DNA of 64,000 nt from a virus: positions 1 through 64,000 of the IMG/VR virus record IMGVR_UViG_3300017963_000203. One strand, 5' to 3'. The translations under genes were made by a program, and so were the position numbers. A model generated the notes under the pieces. The model searched no databases. It saw nothing but the letters and a program-made list of their open reading frames with translations, and was not told the DNA's origin. Positions 9,446 through 19,237 of the stretch are shown piece by piece; within the stretch, counting starts at the first letter, position 1, and every line of letters starts with the position of its first letter.

Positions 9446-9790
9446 ATGCCCCAATCGCCAGATCCGTACCCGATGTTCCTCGAGGCCATGAAGAAGGCAA
9501 CGTCGGGGATCGGAGAGAATATGCAGGGATTCTCCGTGTGCTTCGCCGCCAAGAAGATCGACCACCCAGACGGCGACAACTTCCCCGGAGTCCCTGACGA
9601 CCAGCTCGTCTACACATGGGCCCAAGGCGGGCCGCCGGTAGTCGTGAATATGATCTACCTCGAACTCGCTGTCAACCTGCTCGAGCAGTTCATACAGAGC
9701 AACCGTGGGAACCTCTACATCGCCATGGAAATGATGAAGGCGAAGGTTCTCGAGAAAATGATGGGCAGGGAACGACAAAGGAGACCCTGA
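9446..9790 (+). CDS. hypothetical protein inside the polA insertion
   Basis: 114-aa ORF with GAGG RBS; stop overlaps the next start (TGATG). Confidence 0.75.
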   Translation: MPQSPDPYPMFLEAMKKATSGIGENMQGFSVCFAAKKIDHPDGDNFPGVPDDQLVYTWAQGGPPVVVNMIYLELAVNLLEQFIQSNRGNLYIAMEMMKAKVLEKMMGRERQRRP

Positions 9791-10887
9791 TGGCGCAGTT
9801 GCAGAACGTACCATCGAGGTCCAAGCCGCAGGAGTATGACGAGAGGATACAAAAATTGGGGCCGCGCATCCGCATGATGTTCGTGGCCCCGCCTCCGGAC
9901 GAATTCTCGCCGGAGGGATACGATCTCATCGTCATTGACGAATCGCAGCTTGAACTCAGGCTCGGAGCCCAGTTCACCAAGGACCCGACTCTTCTTTCCG
10001 TCTACAAGCGGTTCGTGGACGTGGGCGGAATGGTCTTTTACGTCGGCGACATCCACGCCGAAACAGCGCATCGAATGGAGGTGCCAAGGAAGCTGGCGAA
10101 GAACCTCAACTTCGGGCTCATGTACGGAATGAGTCCGGCCAGCTTCGCGAGGTATGCCAAGCTCTACGTTCCTGGGACGAAAACCTACGACGTGCGATCC
10201 GCTGAGGTGTACGTCCAGGGCTTCCGTCGAACCTATTCGGGGGTCTTCAACTACCACGAGAAACTGCGAAGGCGCTGGAACGAAGGGAAGCGATCATTCC
10301 TCATGCTCAGTGGACGGTACCGCCACTTCCCCAAGTGGGCCCGCGTCTCCCCCGGTACCGTGTATAACTCGAAGATTCAGGGCTCGGCTGCCGACGTCAT
10401 GAAAGTCCAACTCTGGGCCATCAAGAAGTGGATCCTGTCCAATCCAGAATTCGAGGGACTAAAACCCTTGATTCAGGTTCACGACGAGTTTATCTTCGAG
10501 GTTCCAAAGCGGATCTCACAGAAGGCGGCTGTGGCGTTGAAATACGTCATGGAGTACCCGTTCTTCGATATGGACGTTCCGCTGCTGGCGTCAGCCAAGG
10601 TGTGTCAGAACTGGGCAGCCAAGGATGACGACAGCATCCCGGAGATAGGCACGTTCTACGCGCAAATCGACGGGAAGGACCGGCTATTCAGGCCGGACCA
10701 ATGGAAGAAGTATCTCGCTGTGGAAGAGAAGACCACGCAGAAGTCTTGCGTGGCCATGCTCTCCCCGAGACAGAAGGCGTGGGCCAGAACGCTCCTGCCC
10801 AAGAGCATTCCTACGTTCGGGGGGCGGAGCAAGGGGCTCAGTATCATGTCCCTCGATGAGTACAGGAAGAGAAAGGAGAGCCAATGA
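9790..10887 (+). CDS. polA: family A DNA polymerase, C-terminal chain (palm/fingers)
   Basis: Starts MAQLQNVP with own AAGGAG RBS; motif A DESQLELR, GDIH, motif B RKLAKNLNFGLMYG, IQGSAAD, motif C VHDE. Confidence 0.92.
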   Translation: MAQLQNVPSRSKPQEYDERIQKLGPRIRMMFVAPPPDEFSPEGYDLIVIDESQLELRLGAQFTKDPTLLSVYKRFVDVGGMVFYVGDIHAETAHRMEVPRKLAKNLNFGLMYGMSPASFARYAKLYVPGTKTYDVRSAEVYVQGFRRTYSGVFNYHEKLRRRWNEGKRSFLMLSGRYRHFPKWARVSPGTVYNSKIQGSAADVMKVQLWAIKKWILSNPEFEGLKPLIQVHDEFIFEVPKRISQKAAVALKYVMEYPFFDMDVPLLASAKVCQNWAAKDDDSIPEIGTFYAQIDGKDRLFRPDQWKKYLAVEEKTTQKSCVAMLSPRQKAWARTLLPKSIPTFGGRSKGLSIMSLDEYRKRKESQ

Positions 10888-11396
10888 TCACGGAACTCGA
10901 CGAGGCAAAAGGGCGTGTAGATGAGGTGATCCGGGACACGGAGCGATCAATCCGTGACGCCAAGGCACGCGGCGCTACCACGAAGCTCCTCTCCTACGAA
11001 GACATGTTCCGCCGCATCCTCGAGAACGCCAGGAAGGATCCGAGGATCGGCCCCAAATACCGGAAGGCGCTCAACGAGTACGCTGAGAGCGAGTACAAGA
11101 AACTCGCCCGGGCGGAGGGATTCAGCGAGCACGTGGTCACGGACGCAAGCGTGTTACGCGGGTACGTCGTCCACCTCCTGATTCGCGTGACGAGCGGAGA
11201 GATCGAAGAGATCACGCCATACGCCGACGAGCGAATCGCAATCGCCAAGTTCAACGAGTGGGCAAAGGAATACGGCCTTCCCACCGCCCAGGAGATCCGC
11301 ATCTTCGAGGCCAAGAAGGACGCCGAAGAGAAGGATCACCCGTTGTACGTCTCTGACCACATGGGAAGCGGGGTGTTCACATGCCCGATCCAGTAG
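10884..11396 (+). CDS. hypothetical protein
   Basis: AGGAG RBS, ATGA-coupled to polA. Confidence 0.75.
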   Translation: MITELDEAKGRVDEVIRDTERSIRDAKARGATTKLLSYEDMFRRILENARKDPRIGPKYRKALNEYAESEYKKLARAEGFSEHVVTDASVLRGYVVHLLIRVTSGEIEEITPYADERIAIAKFNEWAKEYGLPTAQEIRIFEAKKDAEEKDHPLYVSDHMGSGVFTCPIQ

Positions 11397-11785
11397 ACGT
11401 CGAGAAGGATCTGTTCGGCCACCTCGCGGCGGCACATCTCAGAACAGGGAACATGATCCGACTTCGCAGCAGGACCGATCACCGGGATCTGGTCCTGCTC
11501 TCGACCGAGGACAACGTGGAGTACCGCGTCAAGGAGATCGACACCAAGAACGAGTGCGATCTCGTAAACACTCCGTTCGGGTCCGCCAGAGACGCCGTGA
11601 GCCGGCTCTTCGACGTCAACCGTCAGTGGCGAGTCCCGCTGGGAGACGTGGAGTTCACGGACCGCGAGGGCGGCATAGCCGTCACCTGGCGGCACCTGAA
11701 AGCCAACATGCGTACACTCAAATGGATCCTGGAGGATGACGGCTCCGTCTTCTCCGAAATCTTGGGGGGCGCCAAGAAGGCATGA
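11381..11785 (+). CDS. hypothetical protein
   Basis: Tightly packed operon ORF. Confidence 0.65.
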   Translation: MPDPVDVEKDLFGHLAAAHLRTGNMIRLRSRTDHRDLVLLSTEDNVEYRVKEIDTKNECDLVNTPFGSARDAVSRLFDVNRQWRVPLGDVEFTDREGGIAVTWRHLKANMRTLKWILEDDGSVFSEILGGAKKA

Positions 11786-12027
11786 GGGTTCGTCCAGAAG
11801 TCCGGGACCATTTGGTGAGGAACCGAGAGTCCCTGGTTCGCGAGGTGCTCAAAGCGGCGGGGCACCTGAGAACAGGACCTCTCCAGAGAACGGTCGTCGG
11901 GTGCGCCAAAGTGCTCGGCGATCGTTTCGGACGGGTCACGCGGGATGAGTTGTACGTCGCGGTCATGGTGGTCCAATTCCAATGCGCACTTTCAATGAAG
12001 AAATACAAAACCTCGGACAGCGCCTGA
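11782..12027 (+). CDS. hypothetical protein
   Basis: ATGA-coupled 81-aa ORF. Confidence 0.5.
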   Translation: MRVRPEVRDHLVRNRESLVREVLKAAGHLRTGPLQRTVVGCAKVLGDRFGRVTRDELYVAVMVVQFQCALSMKKYKTSDSA

Positions 12028-12713
12028 ACGAGAGTCCTGTCAGCGGCGGCTTCCAGATCCAGCACGTGACGGGCTTCTTCGATCCCCGCAAGTGGGGGTC
12101 GGCCCTGAACGAGTTCAATCGGCTCATGAAGAGCGGCAAGTATCGAGCAGCCTATCGACGGCTCAACCGGATCGCTGACTTTCACGCCAAACGGCTCAGA
12201 AACGTCATCGAGAAGACCCAGAAGTTCCCGGTCGCCTGTGGCGATACGGGGTGTAACCATTGCTGTCGCGTGCTCATGACAACGGCCTCCAGGCTCGAGG
12301 CGAGTGTTATCCGGGGGTCGTACCGCCGCTTACCTCAGGACGTCCAGGCTTACGTGGACGACCGTGCCCGTGATGAGGAGAAGATCCTCAACCGAGCAGC
12401 GGCCATTCTTGGATGGCCCAACGGAGTGACGCGTCAGAACAGAGATGCCGTGGCCGATCTCTATACATCCATCGGTGGCCGATGCATCTTTCTCGGCCGA
12501 GACGGAGGATGCCTGATCTACCAGGACCGCCCGTGGGTGTGCCGGATCATCCAGATCATCGGGCCCAGGTGTTTGATGGGTCAGATGCGCCAAGCGCCAA
12601 TCCACTACGGACTCGTTCAGTTCCTGAACTCCGTAGCTGAGAACAGCGGCGAAGAACCCAACCACTTCGTGGAGATCGTCCGCGCCATGAGCCGGATCGT
12701 TCTCCCGTCGTGA
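11982..12713 (+). CDS. YkgJ/FliB-family CxxxCxxCC cysteine-cluster protein
   Basis: CGDTGCNHCC ... CIFL..DGGCLIYQDRPWVCR. Confidence 0.8.
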   Translation: MRTFNEEIQNLGQRLNESPVSGGFQIQHVTGFFDPRKWGSALNEFNRLMKSGKYRAAYRRLNRIADFHAKRLRNVIEKTQKFPVACGDTGCNHCCRVLMTTASRLEASVIRGSYRRLPQDVQAYVDDRARDEEKILNRAAAILGWPNGVTRQNRDAVADLYTSIGGRCIFLGRDGGCLIYQDRPWVCRIIQIIGPRCLMGQMRQAPIHYGLVQFLNSVAENSGEEPNHFVEIVRAMSRIVLPS

Positions 12714-12745
12714 CCAAGACGAGGCCAATCAGGGTAGGAGGCAGC

Positions 12746-14296
12746 ATGGCCTTCAAGAGACAGGGTGCGCTCATCGTACCCGAATCTGAGTTCACTCGGC
12801 GCCTGGAGAAGCGCCTGAGCGTGTCTGGAACCGATTACATGGGCAAAGAGTACTCGTTCCAAGTGTTTCGATATCGAAATGGCGGTGTGCTCGTACCCAG
12901 GTACACCCTCGGTCCGGGACATGCCATCCTGGCGTCTGGCGGTACACTGCGCCCCACACCAGAGTTCCCACGATTCAAGGGGCATCTGTGGCCAGAGCAG
13001 ATGGAGGGGGCCGAGAGGGCGTTCAGCTACCTCAAAACGGAGCATGGCGTCTTCCTCAACGCCGAGCCGGGGAGCGGAAAGACGGTAGCAGCCATTTGGC
13101 TGGCTGCGGTGCTGAAGCCAAATCGTGTTCTGGTCTTGGTCGATCAGGACAACCTGGCTGACCAGTGGACGAAACGAATCCTCGAGTACGCTCCTGATGC
13201 AACTGTCACCTACATCATGCCCCTCGCCTCTCAGCGCATGCTTCACAAGAAGTACGATCAGCGGAGGATGCTGGCCGGCATCCAACGTCACGATCTGCGC
13301 GGAGACTATATCATCTGCATGACGCAGAGCCTCATTGCTCATCCACGCAGCATCCAGGCCGATCTGCTCATCGTGGACGAGTGTCACGTCTTCTCTGCGC
13401 CCACCTTCAGCAACGCCATCTTCAACATTGACTTCTATTACTCCCTCGCCCTCAGCGCCAACAACACGCGTCCAGACGGGCTCGAGTGGATTTTTCGAGA
13501 GATGCTTGGGCACACCAAGGTCGAGATGAAAGGAAAGCGTCTGCCAGCCCGCGCGGAGTTTTACCCCGTCTCGACCCAGTTCCTTAGCTGGGACGACCCC
13601 GTCGTCAGCGACATGGGAAACTGGTTTCGGAAGCTGTGGTGCACTCGGTACAAGAAGCAGACCACGCGATACGATTGCAGCCTCTGCCACATGACGAAGG
13701 AGTTTGGAAGCACGGAGCTCTCGGTCATCACCCGCAGATGTGGGAGCTTCTGGAAACACGACGAATGGGACGAGAATTCTCTCGAGCGTCACCTCGGTCG
13801 TGATCCGAAATACACCGGGTGGCTTCTCGACACGCTCTCCACATTTCTCAAGGCCAAGCGAGACATCTTCGTTTTCACCAGGCTGCGCGAACCCCTGGAG
13901 CGCCTGCATGGCCTCATAGGGATGGACCTCGGCCCTGTGTCTGGACTCTACATGGGCCACGCAACATCTGCCAAAGACCGCGACCGCAACGCCAGAGCGC
14001 TCAGGAAGCCCATCACCCTGTGCACGTATCAAAAAGCGGGCAAGGGCCTCGACGTGGCTCACAAGGATGGGATCCTCTTCGCCAGTCCCGTGTCCAAAAG
14101 TCGGCTCAATCAGGTCATAGGAAGAGTGGAGAGGGCTCTCCGCGGGAAGAGCCGGCCAGTCGTAATACACCCGATCGTGCCTTTCGTGACGAGCAAAGCC
14201 CGTCTGCGAGGGTGCGTGAAGTGGTATCAGGAGAACCAGTATGACCACAAGATCCACCCAGTTCTCGCCGGTTGTTTTAGAAATGACCGCTACTAA
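12746..14296 (+). CDS. superfamily 2 DNA helicase (UvsW/XPB-like)
   Basis: PGSGKT, DECH, LSA, GLD, QVIGRVER; AGGAGG RBS. Confidence 0.9.
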   Translation: MAFKRQGALIVPESEFTRRLEKRLSVSGTDYMGKEYSFQVFRYRNGGVLVPRYTLGPGHAILASGGTLRPTPEFPRFKGHLWPEQMEGAERAFSYLKTEHGVFLNAEPGSGKTVAAIWLAAVLKPNRVLVLVDQDNLADQWTKRILEYAPDATVTYIMPLASQRMLHKKYDQRRMLAGIQRHDLRGDYIICMTQSLIAHPRSIQADLLIVDECHVFSAPTFSNAIFNIDFYYSLALSANNTRPDGLEWIFREMLGHTKVEMKGKRLPARAEFYPVSTQFLSWDDPVVSDMGNWFRKLWCTRYKKQTTRYDCSLCHMTKEFGSTELSVITRRCGSFWKHDEWDENSLERHLGRDPKYTGWLLDTLSTFLKAKRDIFVFTRLREPLERLHGLIGMDLGPVSGLYMGHATSAKDRDRNARALRKPITLCTYQKAGKGLDVAHKDGILFASPVSKSRLNQVIGRVERALRGKSRPVVIHPIVPFVTSKARLRGCVKWYQENQYDHKIHPVLAGCFRNDRY

Positions 14297-14696
14297 GGTC
14301 GAGACCTTCGGAAAGACCGAAAGGCGGACGGAACTTCTTCACGAAAGGGAGGAAATAGGTATGTGCCAGGATGCCAATGGCCACTGCACCGTGTTCAACG
14401 AGATCAAGATCGCAAACGTGTTCGGACAGTACACGTCCCTGCTGACCGGGATCTCCGTCACGTTCCCATGCGATCCCGACAACTTCGAAGAGGAGGCGAA
14501 GGGATACCATTCACGGATTACCAGGACCATCCAGTCGTTCCAGAACCGCACCCTCGAGGCCGTGGGCAAAGAGAAGGTCTGGCACGGAAAAGGCGGAGCA
14601 GTTCCGGCCGGCGAGACGAAGTCCGTCAAGAAGGCCGTGAAGAAGAAGTCCGGGAGTAAGGCCGTCGCCAGGAAGCGCGTTCCGAGGAAATCCTGA
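14283..14696 (+). CDS. hypothetical protein with Lys-rich C-terminus
   Basis: Fills the gap between helicase and recA; KKAVKKK tail. Confidence 0.65.
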   Translation: MTATKVETFGKTERRTELLHEREEIGMCQDANGHCTVFNEIKIANVFGQYTSLLTGISVTFPCDPDNFEEEAKGYHSRITRTIQSFQNRTLEAVGKEKVWHGKGGAVPAGETKSVKKAVKKKSGSKAVARKRVPRKS

Positions 14697-16228
14697 TGGC
14701 AAAGAAGAAGGCCAAGAAAGCGGTCAAGAAGTCTGCCGCGAAAAAACGAGCGAAGTCCAGGACTCCGCTCAAGGACCGAGACGACATCGAGACGCCGGCG
14801 CCTGCGGCGCGAACCACCTGGGCGGAGGTCGCGGCTGCGGAAGCCGACCAGAGCTGGCTGTCAGAGATGACGGCCATGGAAACGGCCCGCTATCCCAGGA
14901 TCTTCACCGGCCTCATCGACGTGGACACCCTGTTCGCCCCCACCGTGGGCGAACGCATCGAGATCGCCGGAGGAGCCCACAACGGAAAGTCCACGATGTC
15001 CTACATCATGATCGGCACACTCCTGCGTACCTGTCGTCGGTGCTTCACGTTTTCCGTGGAGTGGCTGGACGAAGAGACAGGGGAGATCAAGGAGACCTGC
15101 CGGTGCGGCGCCAACGACCACATGGAGGGGGTGCTGGTCGACATAGAGCGTGCAGCCGATCCCGTGTGGCTTGATACGTGGGGCTGTCGTACTGGGGAGT
15201 CATTCCGGAAGCGACTCCACGGAAGCGGCGCGTTCGAGGTACTCGAGTCCGAGAAACAACGCCGGCTGCACATCATCTACCCCATCAGCGGCGGCCCCAT
15301 GTACACGTTCCTCCAGAAGGCCGTGGCTCAGGGCGCTGTGGACTTCGTGGTCATCGATTCGATCAATTCCCTGATGTCCGACGAGGCGCTCGCCAAAGAC
15401 GCCGGCAGGCGCAACATCGGAGACCGGGCCCGGATGAACTGGGACGGTCTCCGACGCATCACAAGCGCCCAAAACCAGCACACCAACAAGTTCGGTGGAA
15501 AGGCCACTGTGGTGTGGACCAATCACCTCATCGTAGATGTGGGCTCTCAGTGGGGTGGCGACACTGAGGCGGGTGGTCGTGGGGCGAAAATCATGCCGGA
15601 TCAGAAAATCCGGTTCCTGTTCTCGAAGGTGAACGACGGAAAAAAGGCAGAACTCGCCTACCACTCCTATCGGGACACCTTCTTCAACGTCACCAAAAAC
15701 CGGAGTGGCTTCATCGGTGGCGGCAGCGGTTCTTTCCGACTCTTCCTCAACGAGGTCCAGCACAACCGGGTCACCTACTGGCCCGGTGACACGGACGATC
15801 CGGAGAGAATGCTCGGTCTTCTCCGAGACCTCGGCCTGTTCGAGAGTCTGAAGAGCAAGTACCGCGTCCTTGGCAGGGAGTTCAAACGGGTCCAAGAGAT
15901 CAAGGACTTCCTGAATCGCGAAGACATCAAGATGGAATGCCGCTTCTGGCTTGGAGCCATGCGGATGCCCACCATCGCTCGAGCCCACCTGCGGTTCGAA
16001 GACTACTGCTACAGCCCGTTCGAGAGCACCAGGAGAGCGTATGAGCGCACGGCGGAAGAAATCGAAAAGAAAATCCCGGGACTCAACATCGGGGCTGCTC
16101 TCTCAACTGGTGAAGGACCAGGGGAGCCTGGCGGGAAGCCATCTGGGAGCGGAGGCTCTCGAGGCGGCGGACGCAAGGGGAAAGAAAAAGCCACCGACTC
16201 CAGCCTCGAAGATGTCTTCGACTCGTAA
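14696..16228 (+). CDS. recA: RecA/UvsX-like recombinase
   Basis: TGLIDVD, Walker A GAHNGKST, VDIERA.DP, Walker B VVIDSI, IGDRAR, AGGRG, VTKNR. Confidence 0.85.
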   Translation: MAKKKAKKAVKKSAAKKRAKSRTPLKDRDDIETPAPAARTTWAEVAAAEADQSWLSEMTAMETARYPRIFTGLIDVDTLFAPTVGERIEIAGGAHNGKSTMSYIMIGTLLRTCRRCFTFSVEWLDEETGEIKETCRCGANDHMEGVLVDIERAADPVWLDTWGCRTGESFRKRLHGSGAFEVLESEKQRRLHIIYPISGGPMYTFLQKAVAQGAVDFVVIDSINSLMSDEALAKDAGRRNIGDRARMNWDGLRRITSAQNQHTNKFGGKATVVWTNHLIVDVGSQWGGDTEAGGRGAKIMPDQKIRFLFSKVNDGKKAELAYHSYRDTFFNVTKNRSGFIGGGSGSFRLFLNEVQHNRVTYWPGDTDDPERMLGLLRDLGLFESLKSKYRVLGREFKRVQEIKDFLNREDIKMECRFWLGAMRMPTIARAHLRFEDYCYSPFESTRRAYERTAEEIEKKIPGLNIGAALSTGEGPGEPGGKPSGSGGSRGGGRKGKEKATDSSLEDVFDS

Positions 16229-16586
16229 CCGCCTCCAGGGTCAAGAGCACGAGGAGAGCATGCAGGAGCGCCACCGCATGGAGCCTACCATCGCCAGCGG
16301 GTGCGGGAAAAAGGAGAAGGGCGACGCCAAGGACGGCGAGTGGTGCGGAGAGGGCAAGAGCAGCCGCGGAAACAAGGGCATCACCATCACGGAGGACATG
16401 CTCGACAAGCTCTGGAAAGACGCGAAGCACATGGACGCGATCCCGTTCCTCGACCTGGACTTCACCAACGAGGCGAAGACGAGGAGGCCCCGGCATTGGG
16501 TGGTGGTGCCGGGGCCAGTGTTCCAGCAACTCAAGCACATGCTGAAGTTCCTGACCCCTGGTCAGCGAGAGGATCTGAAGCCATGA
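16212..16586 (+). CDS. PD-(D/E)xK nuclease, putative Holliday junction resolvase
   Basis: E...SG.....KGD.......EGK pattern; adjacent to recA. Confidence 0.6.
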   Translation: MSSTRNRLQGQEHEESMQERHRMEPTIASGCGKKEKGDAKDGEWCGEGKSSRGNKGITITEDMLDKLWKDAKHMDAIPFLDLDFTNEAKTRRPRHWVVVPGPVFQQLKHMLKFLTPGQREDLKP

Positions 16587-16843
16587 GACAGAAGTACGTT
16601 CGTCACTCTACCGAAGGATTCATCGTCTGGCATAAGCGACCAGGCGATAGCGGGATCTGGCACAAGGAAATGACCCGCATGTTCCCGACTACTGGTGAGA
16701 TTCTCTCTGCTGGATTCGTGACCTTCGACGAGAATCATCTCCCGGTATGCCGTGGGTACTCTGAAAGCCTGGACCTGGGAAGTCGCCCCGAAGACACCAA
16801 CGCTCTCCGCGAGCAGTGGGGGTTACCCCCGAGTGAGGACTAA
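16583..16843 (+). CDS. hypothetical protein
   Basis: ATGA-coupled 86-aa ORF (SAGFV..C.GYSESLDLGSRPED). Confidence 0.65.
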   Translation: MRQKYVRHSTEGFIVWHKRPGDSGIWHKEMTRMFPTTGEILSAGFVTFDENHLPVCRGYSESLDLGSRPEDTNALREQWGLPPSED

Positions 16844-16847
16844 GAAC

Positions 16848-17405
16848 ATGGGTAGTAAACGCCGTTTCTGGTACGACACGGAGTTCATCGAGTACCCCAA
16901 CACCATCGACCTGATCAGCATCGGAATCGTGAGCGAGAGCGGCGAGGAGTTCTACGGCATCAACTACGAGTGCAATTACGACGCAGCCAACGAGTGGGTC
17001 AGGGAAAATGTGATCGCCGAGCTGCCCCCGCTCCTCCACCCCTCCTACGTGAACACGCCCGACAGCCCTTGGATGACGAAGATCGTCATCGCCCAGAAAG
17101 TTCTGGGGATGCTCAAGCCCTCCAAGGAAGATCCGGTCGAGCTCTGGGGATACTACTCGGCATACGACCACGTCGCGCTGTGCTGGCTCTTTGGGCCGAT
17201 GATCAACCTCCCGCCGGGGATGCCCATGCTCACGCTGGACATCAAGCAGCTCTGCCTCGACCTGGGCGATCCTCGCCTCCCGGAACAAGGGAAGGGCGAG
17301 CACGACGCCCTGGCCGACGCTCGTTGGAACAAGAAGGCTTGGGAGTTCCTCGAGCATCTCAATCGACCCAAGGTGCGGCCACCGCCGCTGGAAATAGAGG
17401 ACTGA
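16848..17405 (+). CDS. DEDDh 3'-5' exoribonuclease (RNase AS/DUF5051-like)
   Basis: YDTEF, LISIGIV, WGYYSAYDHV, DIKQ, HDALADARW. Confidence 0.85.
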   Translation: MGSKRRFWYDTEFIEYPNTIDLISIGIVSESGEEFYGINYECNYDAANEWVRENVIAELPPLLHPSYVNTPDSPWMTKIVIAQKVLGMLKPSKEDPVELWGYYSAYDHVALCWLFGPMINLPPGMPMLTLDIKQLCLDLGDPRLPEQGKGEHDALADARWNKKAWEFLEHLNRPKVRPPPLEIED

Positions 17406-17408
17406 CCC

Positions 17409-17909
17409 ATGGGACTCCTCGACTACGAAGGTCTGGTCTGCGGATGGTGCGGCAGCACCGACATCGGGATGATTCCCCTCGCCACTGTAAGCGTGAAAGG
17501 ACCCGCGCTCGTGTTCCCCATCGCGTACTGTCGCGATTGTGGGGCCCCCTTCGTACCGCCGGAGGGGGTAATCGAGGAGAAACGAGAGGAGTGGGGTGAC
17601 GCAATCCGGAAAGAGTCAAGATCGACCCGCATCAAAAAGAAAGCCCCCACCACGAAAGAACCACCCACACCGGACAAAAAGGAAAAGAAAGACGACAAGC
17701 CTACGTGTGAGAAGTGCGGAAAGAAGATGAGCGTCGATCACACGTCCAAGGCTCGGTACACGACCTTCGTACTTTGGAAGTGCCGGTGCGGCCACACGTG
17801 GCTGGAGAAGCGCCACTATGGTCCCCCGCTCAGTGAGAGCGAATCCGAGAGAGATCCGGAGCCACTCGACCCTGAATCGTTCCCAGAGGTAGACGAGGAT
17901 TTGTCATAA
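17409..17909 (+). CDS. double zinc-ribbon protein
   Basis: CGWC/CRDC and CEKC/CRC pairs. Confidence 0.7.
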   Translation: MGLLDYEGLVCGWCGSTDIGMIPLATVSVKGPALVFPIAYCRDCGAPFVPPEGVIEEKREEWGDAIRKESRSTRIKKKAPTTKEPPTPDKKEKKDDKPTCEKCGKKMSVDHTSKARYTTFVLWKCRCGHTWLEKRHYGPPLSESESERDPEPLDPESFPEVDEDLS

Positions 17910-17934
17910 GAGAGGTGGAGGAAGTCTATTTTTA

Positions 17935-18411
17935 ATGGAGGGACCTATGCCTCTCGGCTGGATCGACCCGGAAGTGGCCCTGGTTCATCGGGGCGTGCCC
18001 ATCTACCACACGTACAAGGACGACGACATCGAAAACAGGATGGAGTACTGGTACTCGTTTTACGTGGCGAGCGAGACGGAGGCCTTCGACGTTCGGAACC
18101 TCGTGGCCGACGGGCGGGACGGGGACGTCACGAAGGAAGACGAACGCCAGAAGATCATTCGACTGGCGATCGAACAGGGTGCCTTGGCGGTTCCCGACGA
18201 CTGCAAACCCGACTGCCCGCACGAGAACCTCTGCGTAGACGAGTACGCGGTGTCGGGCGCAGCCGCCTGCGCTACCCTCGACCGGGATGCGCACACCGGA
18301 CAGGTCATCGGGTTCCAGGTGAACCGGCTCGATGGCGAGATGAAGGAGGTCCACTTCTACTGCGAGGACTGTGGGGAGAGTTTCAAATGGGGCGAAGTCC
18401 AAAACTTCTGA
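17935..18411 (+). CDS. hypothetical protein with C-terminal zinc ribbon
   Basis: CPH...CEDC; upstream GGAGG. Confidence 0.7.
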   Translation: MEGPMPLGWIDPEVALVHRGVPIYHTYKDDDIENRMEYWYSFYVASETEAFDVRNLVADGRDGDVTKEDERQKIIRLAIEQGALAVPDDCKPDCPHENLCVDEYAVSGAAACATLDRDAHTGQVIGFQVNRLDGEMKEVHFYCEDCGESFKWGEVQNF

Positions 18412-18998
18412 AGATGGAACGCCTGTGGAATCGTGTCAAGACGTGCGTTCGATGCGATCGCGAGTACGTGAACAAGTACGTGTTCGGCGACGGCAGCGTG
18501 AACGCCCGTGTCATGATCGTGGGCGAAGGTCCTGGAGAAGAGGAGGACGCGACGGGCCATCCCTTCGTGGGGGAAGCCGGAGAGCTCCTCACAGACATCC
18601 TGAACATGGCTGGCTTTCCTCGCAGAGAGGAACTGTTCATCGCCAATGCCGTCAAGTGCAGACGTACGAGCCGACGAGGCGACAGGCTCAAGAACAAGAA
18701 GCCGAGCGACGGGGAGGTCGCCAGATGCAGTGTGTTCCTCCAGAATCAGCTCGAAATCGTGAAGCCCAGGGTGGTGGTCGGGCTCGGTGGAACGGCCATC
18801 GCCTCCTTGAAGGGGCTGAAGACCAAGGACGTCAAGTCCACGCAGATGGCAGGCCTGACCGAGAAGGGCCCGAACTGCTGGTACCTATGGACGTACCATC
18901 CTGCTTTCCCGATCTACCGCGGGAGAGACGTGGCTATCATTGAACAGATGGTGAGCCACTTCAAGAAGGCGAAGGAGCTGAGCCGTGGAAGAATCTGA
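18387..18998 (+). CDS. uracil-DNA glycosylase, family 4
   Basis: CVRC, GEGPGEEED..G.PFVGEAG, NAVKCR, LG.TA, TYHPA. Confidence 0.93.
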   Translation: MGRSPKLLKMERLWNRVKTCVRCDREYVNKYVFGDGSVNARVMIVGEGPGEEEDATGHPFVGEAGELLTDILNMAGFPRREELFIANAVKCRRTSRRGDRLKNKKPSDGEVARCSVFLQNQLEIVKPRVVVGLGGTAIASLKGLKTKDVKSTQMAGLTEKGPNCWYLWTYHPAFPIYRGRDVAIIEQMVSHFKKAKELSRGRI

Positions 18999-19230
18999 AA
19001 ACGCCGGGCCCGAACTTTTGCTGACCGACAGAGAGTCAGCGATGTTCCAGCGAATCCTTCGAGCGTCCCGTCGGGACGTGGAGAAGATCGACATCGAAGA
19101 GGAGAAGAACCTGGTGACAATCCGGTGCAAGCTCATGATCGATGTGCTCACTGTGGATCTGGACAAGGCCCTGGTAATGACTGATGACGCGTGGGCCGCT
19201 TTCTTCGCCAAACACAAACCGTTGATCTGA
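18985..19230 (+). CDS. hypothetical protein
   Basis: AAGGAG RBS before GTG. Confidence 0.6.
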   Translation: MEESENAGPELLLTDRESAMFQRILRASRRDVEKIDIEEEKNLVTIRCKLMIDVLTVDLDKALVMTDDAWAAFFAKHKPLI

Positions 19231-19237
19231 GGTGACC

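Noticed and set aside
8543-9804. Group I/II intron or split intein in polA
   Set aside because: The insert is almost entirely two RBS-led ORFs, leaving no room for a ribozyme core; no N-intein follows chain 1 and no HN-C/S/T C-intein starts chain 2
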